DNA of 63,087 nt, counting the filler, from Anaerolineae bacterium (GTDB lineage: Bacteria; Chloroflexota; Anaerolineae; Epilineales; Epilineaceae), in assembly GCA_029262755.1 (NCBI GenBank). It is 7 parts of 7 records of this genome, joined end to end, with 100 filler letters (N's around TTAATTAATTAA, not from the genome) between each part and the next. Parts side by side here need not be neighbours in the genome. Positions count along the whole stretch, not along the records: positions 1 to 24,170 come from JAJCYU010000407.1; 6 more parts are not named here. One strand, given 5' to 3'. Under the pieces are notes generated by a model. That model searched no databases, was not told the DNA's origin, and saw only the letters and a list, made by a program, of their open reading frames with translations. A program made the position numbers and the translations under genes. Position 1 is the first letter of the stretch. Each line of letters opens with the position of its first letter. Below are positions 1-8,527 of this stretch, piece after piece.

Positions 1-2
1 TC

Positions 3-2312
3 TTCGTGGGACGCACGAACAATGGGCTCCGCCGCCGCGCGATCGTGCGCTTCGACATGGCCACGGCTATCGGCTGCGCCCCGGGATCGACGATCGAGAG
101 CGTGCAGCTGCGCATGGTCGTCGACCGCGCCAGGGCCGGCACCTTTACGATCGGCGTACACCGCGCGATCGCCGACTGGGGCGAGGGCGCCTCGAACGCC
201 GCCGGGCAGGAAGGCAACGGCGCGCCGGCCGTTCCGGGCGAGTCGACGTGGGTACACCGCTTCTTCCCGACCGATCTGTGGTCCACCGCCGGCGGCGATT
301 TCGACGCGGTGGCGCGCGATACCGCCCTCGTGGCGGGCACCGGCGCATACACCTGGGGCAGCACGCCGGGCATGGTCGCCGACGTGCAGACCTGGCTCGA
401 CCTGCCCTCCTCCAACTTCGGTTGGCTCTTGCGGGGCGACGAGACCCTGAACCAGACCGCACGCCGCTTCGCGAGCCGCCAGAACGAAACCGTGCCCGAT
501 CGCCCGCAGCTGCTGGTCGTCTGCGATGCGATCGAGACGACACCGACGCCGTCGCCCACCGCCACCGATACCCCGACCACGACCCCGTCGCCCACCCTCG
601 TGCCGACGGCCAGCCCGTCGCCCACCGTGACCGTGCCCCCGACGGTCACCGCGACGCCCACAAACACGCCGCCGGCCTCCGCCACGCCCCTCGCGAGCGC
701 GACGGCGCTGCCCACGCCCAGCCCGAGCGCGACGGCCTTGCCCACGACCACGACCGAGCCGACGGCCACCATCACGCGCCCCAACACTACTCCAACCGAC
801 CTGCCGACCACCGGCACGGCCACGCTCCCGCCCTCCGCGACGGCCACCGTGCCCAACAACGCGACGGATGTTCCCACCACGGGCACCGCGACCCTGCCGC
901 CGAGCGCGACCGCGACCGACATGCCCGCGACCGGCACCGCGACGATCCCGCCGTCTGCCACGACGGAGGCGACCATGGAAGCGACGTCGACCGACGAGCC
1001 CGTGACCGCGACCGCGACCATCGCGCCCACGTCCGCGGCGACGCCCACCGAGGAGCTCGGCACCCCGACGGTCGTCGCATCGCTGACCCCCGACGCCACG
1101 GTCACGGCCACCGCGACGTCGGCCCTGACCGCAACGGCCACGCTCACTGACACGACGACCGGCACACCCGATGCGCCCAGCGCGACGCCGGAACCGAGCG
1201 GCCCCGGCCGCTTGTGGCTGCCGATCGTGATGCGCGACGGCGTGCTGCGCCCCGCCACGCCGACGCCAACGACCGCCCCCGATCCCACGGACGAGCCCAC
1301 CACGCCCACACCCGACGGCGGCGGCGACGCCACGCCCACGCCGGACGCGACCGATGACCCGGAGGCGACCGGTACGTCGGAATCCACGCCGGCTGGCAGC
1401 CCCACACCGGACGACGGCACCCCGACCGACGAAGCGCCCACCGCGACGGATGAGCCGCAGGGTACAGAGACCGCGGAGGCGACGGCAGAGCCGACGGATG
1501 AGCCGACTGCGGAGGCTACCCAAGAAGCAACCGCGGAGCCGACTTCGGAGGCAACGGAAGATCCAACGGTAGAGCCGACCGACGAGCCGACGGCGGAACC
1601 AAGCGCGGTTCCGACGGACGAGCCGACAGACGAGCCCACAGAAGAGCCGACAGTGGAGCCCACAGCCGAGCCGACGGCCGAAGCGACCGCTGAGGCCACC
1701 ACAGAGCCGACCGCGACCGAGGAGCCATCGCCCCTGCCGACGGGGCCGACGCCCACGCCCAGCGCGACCGCGACGATGACGCCCACGCCGACGCCGGATC
1801 CGGCGGGTTGCGTGCGGCCGCTCGTGGACGGCGGCTTCGAGAGCGACGATGCGTGGACCTTCGGCGGCGCGCGGCCCGCGCGCTTCGCGGACGCGCCGGT
1901 CTTTGGCGGTGAGCGCAGCCTGCTCGCCGGCCTGCTGCCCAGCGAGGCCAACGTGCGCAGCTACTCCTCGGCCTGGCAACGCATGCGCGTGCCGCCCGAG
2001 GCGAGCACCATGCGCATCTCGGCGCGCTTGTGGCGCGCGGCGGAGGAGATCGGCTCGCGCGGCGACGACCACCAGTTCTTGCGCGTCTACGACATCGCGC
2101 CGGACGAGAACGGCGAGGCGCGGCGCACCCCGGTGCTACGCGTGCTAACCGAGGTCGCCGACGACCGTCGCTGGGTCCTCCACACGCGCCAGACCAACGT
2201 ATCGGAATACCGAGGCCGGCAGCTGTGGTTCTACACGAGCGTGTTCAACGACGGCGATGAGAGCCGCGCCTGGATGCACGTTGACGCTGCGGAGGCCGTG
2301 TTCTGCCCGTAG
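3..2312 (+). CDS. Secreted modular protein, 5'-partial: DNRLRE-like N-terminal domain, long Pro/Thr(/Glu) linkers, internal LP tag (RLWLPIVMR), C-terminal CBM-like beta-sandwich
   Basis: Frame is open from the window edge. 'FVGRTN..RRRAIVRFD..W.EG..NFGWLL..RP.L.V' fits DNRLRE-type domains. PT/EPT repeats follow, then 'LVDGGFES..W', typical of carbohydrate-binding-like modules. Confidence 0.75.
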   Translation, partial: FVGRTNNGLRRRAIVRFDMATAIGCAPGSTIESVQLRMVVDRARAGTFTIGVHRAIADWGEGASNAAGQEGNGAPAVPGESTWVHRFFPTDLWSTAGGDFDAVARDTALVAGTGAYTWGSTPGMVADVQTWLDLPSSNFGWLLRGDETLNQTARRFASRQNETVPDRPQLLVVCDAIETTPTPSPTATDTPTTTPSPTLVPTASPSPTVTVPPTVTATPTNTPPASATPLASATALPTPSPSATALPTTTTEPTATITRPNTTPTDLPTTGTATLPPSATATVPNNATDVPTTGTATLPPSATATDMPATGTATIPPSATTEATMEATSTDEPVTATATIAPTSAATPTEELGTPTVVASLTPDATVTATATSALTATATLTDTTTGTPDAPSATPEPSGPGRLWLPIVMRDGVLRPATPTPTTAPDPTDEPTTPTPDGGGDATPTPDATDDPEATGTSESTPAGSPTPDDGTPTDEAPTATDEPQGTETAEATAEPTDEPTAEATQEATAEPTSEATEDPTVEPTDEPTAEPSAVPTDEPTDEPTEEPTVEPTAEPTAEATAEATTEPTATEEPSPLPTGPTPTPSATATMTPTPTPDPAGCVRPLVDGGFESDDAWTFGGARPARFADAPVFGGERSLLAGLLPSEANVRSYSSAWQRMRVPPEASTMRISARLWRAAEEIGSRGDDHQFLRVYDIAPDENGEARRTPVLRVLTEVADDRRWVLHTRQTNVSEYRGRQLWFYTSVFNDGDESRAWMHVDAAEAVFCP
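1430..1730 (+). repeat. Coding low-complexity repeat, 12-bp-period EPT(D/A/E/V) units
   Basis: Translation PTDEPTAEATQEATAEPTSEATEDPTVEPTDEPT...; degenerate gagccgac units. Confidence 0.8.
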
Positions 2313-2664
2313 CTGTGAAACGCACAGGTTGCGCTCCTCGCACGTAGCCGTGCTCGAGGCGGTGCATGCGGCGCGTTGGGGTTGTGGGTGTGGCGCGAGA
2401 TTCGCAGCGTTGAATGTTGCGTCGCGCGAGCGACGGTTGCGGTGACGGCGGCCCGTCGCGGAAACCGCGGGAACGCTACCCGGTGTCGAGGGGGAGTGCC
2501 GGCTTCGACGGCCTCCTCGGATTCCGTGGAACGTCAGATTCCCCTTTGTGTGCAAGGGTGGGAGCATCGTCCCCCGCACGCGGTGTCGGGCGTCGTTATC
2601 CGTGGTGTACATCTGTTGCACCGTGCCGCGAACCCGACCCACGATCACGCTCCTGGAGGACTGC

Positions 2665-4770
2665 ATGCGTCTACGTGCCTGGCTCGCGATCGTGATATTG
2701 GGCCTCCTCTCGCTTCGCGCATCCCCAGGTCCTGCCGACGCGCAGCAGCCGGCTTCCGGACGCACCTCCGGCGAATTCGGCCGATGGCCACAAGACGGCA
2801 TGCGCGTGCTCGGGCAATCCGGCGGGGCGTTCACCACGCTCGTCGTGGAGCCCGAGCGCGAGATCGCGTGGCTGATCGTGGGGCCGCGGGTTGTCGCGCT
2901 CAGCCTGGCCACGGATCCGCCGCAAGTAGTGGGGCGCAGCGAGCCGATTCCGGGTGGGATCGACGCGCTTGCGGCGGGGGATGGCCTGGTCGTCGCCCGG
3001 GGCGCACGCCCGACGGATGAGGGCGTAGCTCTGTGGATGCTCGACGCGAGTGACCCGACATGGCCGAGGTTACGCAGCTCGCTGACCGCGAGCGGCAGAC
3101 TTCATGGCGAAATGTCGATCGGCGAGGGCGTACTTGCCTACGGAGCCGATAACCAGATTCGCCTCGTGCAGGTCGCGGACCTCGACAAACCGTGGGAGAG
3201 CGGGACGCTCTCGCATGGCGGCAAGCTCGGATCGTTTCACATTCATGGCGGCCGGTTGCATGCCCTGTGGGACACCCGGATCGTGTCGATCGCGCTGCAC
3301 GGGGCCGGCGGGCCGGAGGTGGTCTCGACGTGGTCGCTGCCCATGCTCGCCCAAGGGCAGCCCGTGCCGCACAGTGCAGGCGCCGGCGGGCGCATGTTTG
3401 TGCGTCCGGTGCCCGAACGCGGGTACATTATCGATCTCAATCCGAGCGGTGGTCCCGTCGTGGCCGCGGACTTGCACTTCATGGACGACCGGCCGGACGG
3501 TGTGGTTGGGGCGGGTTCGGTGTATATCGCGATCAGCGAGGACTGGGCCCACGCGCTTGAGGTTTACCCCTGGGTCGGCGTGAACCTACTGCATAGCTAC
3601 GACATCCGCGATCCCCGGAAAACCATTGCGCTTCCGGTCGTGCGGCTCGACGTTGCACCGAGCTCGGGCGTACGGCAGCTGGCTGCCGGCGGACGCTTTG
3701 TGCTCGGCAGGGACTGGCTCGGAGCCGCGCATCGGTGGCGCGTTTCGGAAGAGCCGGCGCCGTCCGCCTACGCCCATTGGGAGCCTGCCGTCACGGCGCC
3801 CGTTGCGCTCGCGTCTTCGGGTAGGCAACTGGTGACCGTCGACTTGGCCGGCGCCATCGAGCGCTACGATGGCCGGGATCCGAACCGGCCACGCCGCGTC
3901 GGACGCGGGCGTGTCGACGAGCTGATCACCGCCGGCCGCATGCAGCACGTCGCGGCGGACGCCGGGCACATCTGGGCCGTCACCGGCGACGGGCACCTGC
4001 TGCACGTTACCGCGGACCGGACCGGGCCCATCTCGCGCTGGGAGGACGGCCTGTTCCTGGATGCCGAGGCCTACGCGCTCGCAGCTGAAGGCGAGCGGGT
4101 GTGGGTGGCCCAATCGGACGGGCTGCACGCGTACGAGCCCGGCGTGGACGGCAAGCCATCACGCGTCGGTCACTTTGCTTTGGACGTCGCGCTGTCGAAC
4201 GTAAGCCGTTTGGCCTTCGCTGACGGATATCTCTGGCTTGCCAGCGCTCCCCTGCGGGGGTCCGCGGATACGCTCTTCGTGTTCGACGTACGCGATCCGC
4301 AAACCATCCACCAGATCGCCCAGATGCCGGCGGGCCAGGTACATGCGCTTGCGGTCGTGGGGCGCCGGGCGTACGCGGTCACATGGCTGTCAGGCACCGG
4401 ATCATCGGTCCTCAGCGTAATCGATGCGTCGAATGTGGCGCAGCCGCGGGTCGTCGGCTCGCTCGACCTACTCGCCAACGGCGGCTTTCACATCGTGGTC
4501 CGGGGAGGCACCGCGTTGGTCGCTTCCAGTGACGGGGTCCGCGTCATCGACGTTCGGGTGGACGCGGTGCCCGACGAGATCGGTAGCGTGCGCTACAGCG
4601 GGCAACCGACCGGGATGGCCTGGATTGACGACGTTGTTTGGGTGGCGGATCGGGAGCTGGGCTTGATCGCGCTGCAACCTGGTCGTGCGCTCGCGCCGCG
4701 GATCACGCTCCCGTGGCTCGGGGTAGGTCCGGGCCGCGGCGGCCCAATCGTGGTCTACGCGCGCCGTTGA
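2665..4770 (+). CDS. Secreted LVIVD-repeat beta-propeller protein with C-terminal RITLPWL tag
   Basis: GGAGG RBS before ATG 2665; signal peptide MRLRAWLAIVILGLL..ADA; repeats such as LWMLDASDP, LFVFDVRDP, LSVIDASNVAQPRVVGS, VRVIDV. Confidence 0.8.
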   Translation: MRLRAWLAIVILGLLSLRASPGPADAQQPASGRTSGEFGRWPQDGMRVLGQSGGAFTTLVVEPEREIAWLIVGPRVVALSLATDPPQVVGRSEPIPGGIDALAAGDGLVVARGARPTDEGVALWMLDASDPTWPRLRSSLTASGRLHGEMSIGEGVLAYGADNQIRLVQVADLDKPWESGTLSHGGKLGSFHIHGGRLHALWDTRIVSIALHGAGGPEVVSTWSLPMLAQGQPVPHSAGAGGRMFVRPVPERGYIIDLNPSGGPVVAADLHFMDDRPDGVVGAGSVYIAISEDWAHALEVYPWVGVNLLHSYDIRDPRKTIALPVVRLDVAPSSGVRQLAAGGRFVLGRDWLGAAHRWRVSEEPAPSAYAHWEPAVTAPVALASSGRQLVTVDLAGAIERYDGRDPNRPRRVGRGRVDELITAGRMQHVAADAGHIWAVTGDGHLLHVTADRTGPISRWEDGLFLDAEAYALAAEGERVWVAQSDGLHAYEPGVDGKPSRVGHFALDVALSNVSRLAFADGYLWLASAPLRGSADTLFVFDVRDPQTIHQIAQMPAGQVHALAVVGRRAYAVTWLSGTGSSVLSVIDASNVAQPRVVGSLDLLANGGFHIVVRGGTALVASSDGVRVIDVRVDAVPDEIGSVRYSGQPTGMAWIDDVVWVADRELGLIALQPGRALAPRITLPWLGVGPGRGGPIVVYARR

Positions 4771-5054
4771 GAACGGAGGGTGGGGGACCGTACCGGCGAC
4801 GAGACCGTGTGTATGGCGAAGGCCGTCCCCCAGGCTCCGCTTCCTGCGTCGATAGTCCCAACCCGGCCGCGGATCGCGCTCCAGGCGATCACTCCCCCGC
4901 TCGACGCCCGGGACGGGAGAAGACCGCCATGGCTTGGATGACACTGCGTCGCGGCCGCGATCACGTGCGGGTTGTCGCGGGTTGTGAACGCGAATCGCAC
5001 GGCCATGTGGAGTGCGACGACGCAGCGCAAGAACACGCAGCGCATGACCATTTG

Positions 5055-7277
5055 ATGAAGCGGCGCCACCGCCATCTGCGCGACAACGCGGGCGAGGGGG
5101 TCGACATTCGCAGCCGCATCGGCATCGGCTCCCGCACCCGCTTTGGCATCGGCGCCCGCGTCGGCGCCCGCATCGGCGTCGGCGTGAGCATCGGCCTGGC
5201 GATCGCCCTCGTCGACCCGGCTCCACAAGAGCGCGGGACCGACGTTCGCAGCGCGCCCCGATCGGCGCGTGCGCAGGGCGCGTCCATGCGCGTCGACGAG
5301 CACAAGAACTGGGCGACCCACAACCTCCGCGCGCTCGGGCAGTTCGGCGGTCCGATCTCCGGTCTGGCCGTCGAAGAGGGCGGGCGCACCGGCTGGGCGA
5401 CCATCGGACATCGGCTCGTTGCGCTCGACCTCACGCAGGATCCGCCGCGCATCGTGGCGCGGAGCCAGGCGCTACCGGCGAGGGCTCAGCGCGTGACCGT
5501 CGCGGATGGGCTCGCAATCGTGGAGGGCGTAGAGGGCAACGGCTTGCGGGGCAATGAACTCTGGGTGCTTGACGTGCACGATCGAAGTTGGCCGCGCTGG
5601 GTCTCGACGATCTCGGTGCCAAACCTGGAAGGTGGCGCCGCACTGCGCGATGGCGTGCTGGCCGTCGGCGCGAGCGGTCGCATTCAGATGGTCGATCTGC
5701 GCGATCCGCGACGGCCGGTCAAGACCCACCTGGTCGGCCATCCCGGCAGCGTGAACGCGCTCTCCTTCGGGCGGACGGGGCTGAACGCCTACTGGGGCAC
5801 GGACCTCGTGACGCTCGCGGTCACCCCCGATGCCGAGGCCGACGTCACGCGCATCTGGCCGCTACCGGGACTCGAAGGGCTAAGCACGTGGGTGAGCGGA
5901 GACCTTCGGGGAGACTCCTTCGGCATGTTCAAGGCGAGATCCGGGCGGGATGGCGGAACGCCTGTCGTGCTGGCGATCGATCTCGAGGGAGAGGGTGAAC
6001 CTACGATCCTTGGGACGTGGGACGTGGATCCGGGACCAAAGCGGCCGCACCAGCAAAGGCTCGTGATGGGCGATGGCCGGATGTTTGTGCTGCAAGGGAT
6101 CGAGGATGAGTACAGCGTCCTGCACGCCTTCGACCTTCGAAACTCGGACACACCGCAGGTGCTGCCGGCGCTTCCTACCCTCCACATCGGCGCCAACCAG
6201 TGGAGCGCGACCGCAGACGCCGACGGTGATGTCTTGCTTGCTGTAGGTTTCTGGGGCCGTATCCATGCCTGGCGCGCCGGTGAGCGCGGCCTCGCCGAAG
6301 CCGGCGTGCTGGACGTCGGATACGCGAGTGCCTCGAAAATCGTCGGGGACGGTGACCGGCTCGTCGCCATCGACCAGGAGGGCGGTGTCTACCGCTTCGC
6401 GCTGGACTCAACGAATGGCCCGCAACTGGAGGCGCGCTCACGGGTCGACTGGGTTCATATGACGAGCTACCAATCGCCGCGCTATATGGAGGACGTTGCG
6501 CCCGGTCCGGACCGAACCTGGCTGATCACGGGCGACGGCTATCTCGTGGGCCTGCCTCCGGAACACGAAGGCACGTATTGGCACGGAACCATAGGCCTGA
6601 AGTTGGACCTGCAACGCCCCTTCCACCTTGCCGCGGAAGGTGCGTACGCGCTGGTCGCCGCGACGGACCGGCTCGCGGTCTACGGGTGGGGTCCCGAAGA
6701 GCGCCCCTTAGCCATCGGCGAGATCGAATGGCCGGACGGGCCGTGGGCCGTCACCGACATCGTCGTCGTGAACGGCTACGCGTGGCTCGCATCGAGCAGC
6801 GGCACGCCCGGCCTGCGCGTAGTGGACGTGCGCGATCCAAGCAATATGCGGATCGTCCGAGACGTGCGCGGTTCGCGTGTCGAGGCACTCACAACGAGCG
6901 ACAATTACGTCTACGTCCTGTCCACGAGCTCCGTGGAACTCCGTCTCAGCGTGCTCGATGCACGCGACCCAACCGCACCGAAGACGCTGGGTGAAATCGA
7001 CGTACCGCACCTGCGGACCGGACCACTCGTCGTCAAGGACGGGCACGCCTACGTTGCTGCGCAGGACAGCGTACGCGTCATCGACCTTTCCATTCCCGCG
7101 CGCCCCGAAGAGGTCGCGTGGCTACGCTACTCGGGCACACCCATTGGCATGGCCGTGGTCGACGACGTGATCTGGCTGGCCGACGAGACGCGCGGCCTTG
7201 TGTCGCTGGCGCTCGGACGGGTGCGTGCGGAGCGGCTCGCGCTGCCGTGGCTGAGCGGGACGGGCGGGCTGCGGTGA
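5055..7277 (+). CDS. Secreted LVIVD-repeat beta-propeller protein, paralog of the upstream gene, C-terminal RLALPWL tag; start uncertain
   Basis: Collinear with 2665..4770 (LRALGQFGG / MRVLGQSGG; RYSG.P.GMA..DDV.W.AD...GL..L); repeats LWVLDVHD, LRVVDVRDP, LSVLDARDP, VRVIDLSIP. Confidence 0.75.
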   Translation: MKRRHRHLRDNAGEGVDIRSRIGIGSRTRFGIGARVGARIGVGVSIGLAIALVDPAPQERGTDVRSAPRSARAQGASMRVDEHKNWATHNLRALGQFGGPISGLAVEEGGRTGWATIGHRLVALDLTQDPPRIVARSQALPARAQRVTVADGLAIVEGVEGNGLRGNELWVLDVHDRSWPRWVSTISVPNLEGGAALRDGVLAVGASGRIQMVDLRDPRRPVKTHLVGHPGSVNALSFGRTGLNAYWGTDLVTLAVTPDAEADVTRIWPLPGLEGLSTWVSGDLRGDSFGMFKARSGRDGGTPVVLAIDLEGEGEPTILGTWDVDPGPKRPHQQRLVMGDGRMFVLQGIEDEYSVLHAFDLRNSDTPQVLPALPTLHIGANQWSATADADGDVLLAVGFWGRIHAWRAGERGLAEAGVLDVGYASASKIVGDGDRLVAIDQEGGVYRFALDSTNGPQLEARSRVDWVHMTSYQSPRYMEDVAPGPDRTWLITGDGYLVGLPPEHEGTYWHGTIGLKLDLQRPFHLAAEGAYALVAATDRLAVYGWGPEERPLAIGEIEWPDGPWAVTDIVVVNGYAWLASSSGTPGLRVVDVRDPSNMRIVRDVRGSRVEALTTSDNYVYVLSTSSVELRLSVLDARDPTAPKTLGEIDVPHLRTGPLVVKDGHAYVAAQDSVRVIDLSIPARPEEVAWLRYSGTPIGMAVVDDVIWLADETRGLVSLALGRVRAERLALPWLSGTGGLR

Positions 7278-7334
7278 GCGAGGGGGGGCAATCTCACCTC
7301 TCACTACCACGACATCCTTTCGCTAGCACCACCC

Positions 7335-8258
7335 TCAATGCCACCACACCGCGAGGCCTGGATAGGCGGCTTCGACGATGCCCTGGAAGAGCCAATAGTC
7401 CACGACAAGGTGGGCGATCAGGACCCAGAGCAGGGCGCGGGAACGTTCGTACATCGCGCCCTGCGTGAGGGCGAAGAGCGTCACGAGCGGCCAGCCCGCG
7501 CCGCGGAAGGCCATGTCGTAGAGCACCGCCGTGTAGAGCACGCTCTGCAGCGGGTTCGCCCAGCGGGCGGGGTAGAGCGCGCGCAGGACGGCGTAGCCGA
7601 CGTTGACGAAGAAGAGCTCGTCCCAGATGCCGACGCCGTTGATGCCCAGGAAGAGGCGCAGCAGCTCGCCGCCGTCCGGCTCGGGGCCGAGCGGCCAGTT
7701 GGCCGGCACCTCAGGCGCGAGAACGCGGAAGTAGAGCTGTACGCCGGCCCACGCGAGCGGGACGCTGAGGGCGGTGTACGCCACGTCCAGGCGATCCAGC
7801 CGACGAGGGAAGAGGCGGAAGGTGATGACGGGCTCGTCGTCGGCCGGCTCCCCGTCGTCGACCGGCTGACCGTGCAGCGGCTCGCGCCCGGGCTGTGCGA
7901 TGCGGTCATCGCGCAACAGCCACGCCGGGACGGCGATCGCCGCGGCGAAGGCAAGACCGAGGCTGAGGAAATGATCCGGCGCGAGCCCCGTATGGATGGG
8001 CGCCACGGCCAGGATCGCCACGGATGAGGCGAGGGCCAGGAAGCGGCGGCGGCGGACCGGTGCTTCGTTGGCGACGAGAAACGCGAACGCGACGGCGAAG
8101 GGCAGGCCCCAGGCGAAGCGTTCTAAGGGGATCCAAAGGACGGCCGTTGCAAGGAGCGCCACGGCCGGCGCAAGCGCGCGGACCGTGGGCGTGCCGGACG
8201 GGCTTTCGGCCGCGGGGGAGCGCGGGGCGGCGTTGGGGTCGACGGGACGTGTGAACAT
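7335..8258 (-). CDS. CPBP (CAAX/Abi-type) intramembrane glutamic endopeptidase family protein
   Basis: Multiple TM segments; GIWDELFF (EExxF-like motif) and C-terminal AHLVVD histidine motif; start uncertain. Confidence 0.7.
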   Translation of the reverse strand: MFTRPVDPNAAPRSPAAESPSGTPTVRALAPAVALLATAVLWIPLERFAWGLPFAVAFAFLVANEAPVRRRRFLALASSVAILAVAPIHTGLAPDHFLSLGLAFAAAIAVPAWLLRDDRIAQPGREPLHGQPVDDGEPADDEPVITFRLFPRRLDRLDVAYTALSVPLAWAGVQLYFRVLAPEVPANWPLGPEPDGGELLRLFLGINGVGIWDELFFVNVGYAVLRALYPARWANPLQSVLYTAVLYDMAFRGAGWPLVTLFALTQGAMYERSRALLWVLIAHLVVDYWLFQGIVEAAYPGLAVWWH

Positions 8259-8306
8259 GGCCGATGAGGATCGGCGCATGTTGCGACCGGCGCAAACGTG
8301 CACCAT

Positions 8307-8337
8307 CGGCGTCCACGGCGTCCACGGCGTCCACGGC
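8307..8337. repeat. 9-bp tandem repeat (GTCCACGGC x3) in the divergent intergenic region
   Basis: Direct reading of the sequence. Confidence 0.8.
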
Positions 8338-8527
8338 TTCTCCGGCCTCACCCGTCGATACGACCGCTGCGCCGCGCAAGTCGCGGTCCCTTCCTGGACG
8401 CGCGCCATCGCCCGCTCACCTACGTCGTGCACGGCCACTCTCGAGCGATTGCGTGCGATTGCGTCGCCCGCCAACGCTCGGGTAGACTGCCGCCCTCGCG
8501 CCGGCCGGCCCCGAACGGGAGCATCGC

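Noticed and set aside
520..1800. Repetitive DNA as a non-coding repeat element
   Set aside because: Fully explained by Pro/Thr/Glu-rich linker codons of the first CDS.
2313..2664. GC-rich hairpins (e.g. CGCGGAAACCGCG) as a riboswitch or ncRNA
   Set aside because: No recognisable conserved aptamer motif; short stems are expected by chance at this GC content.
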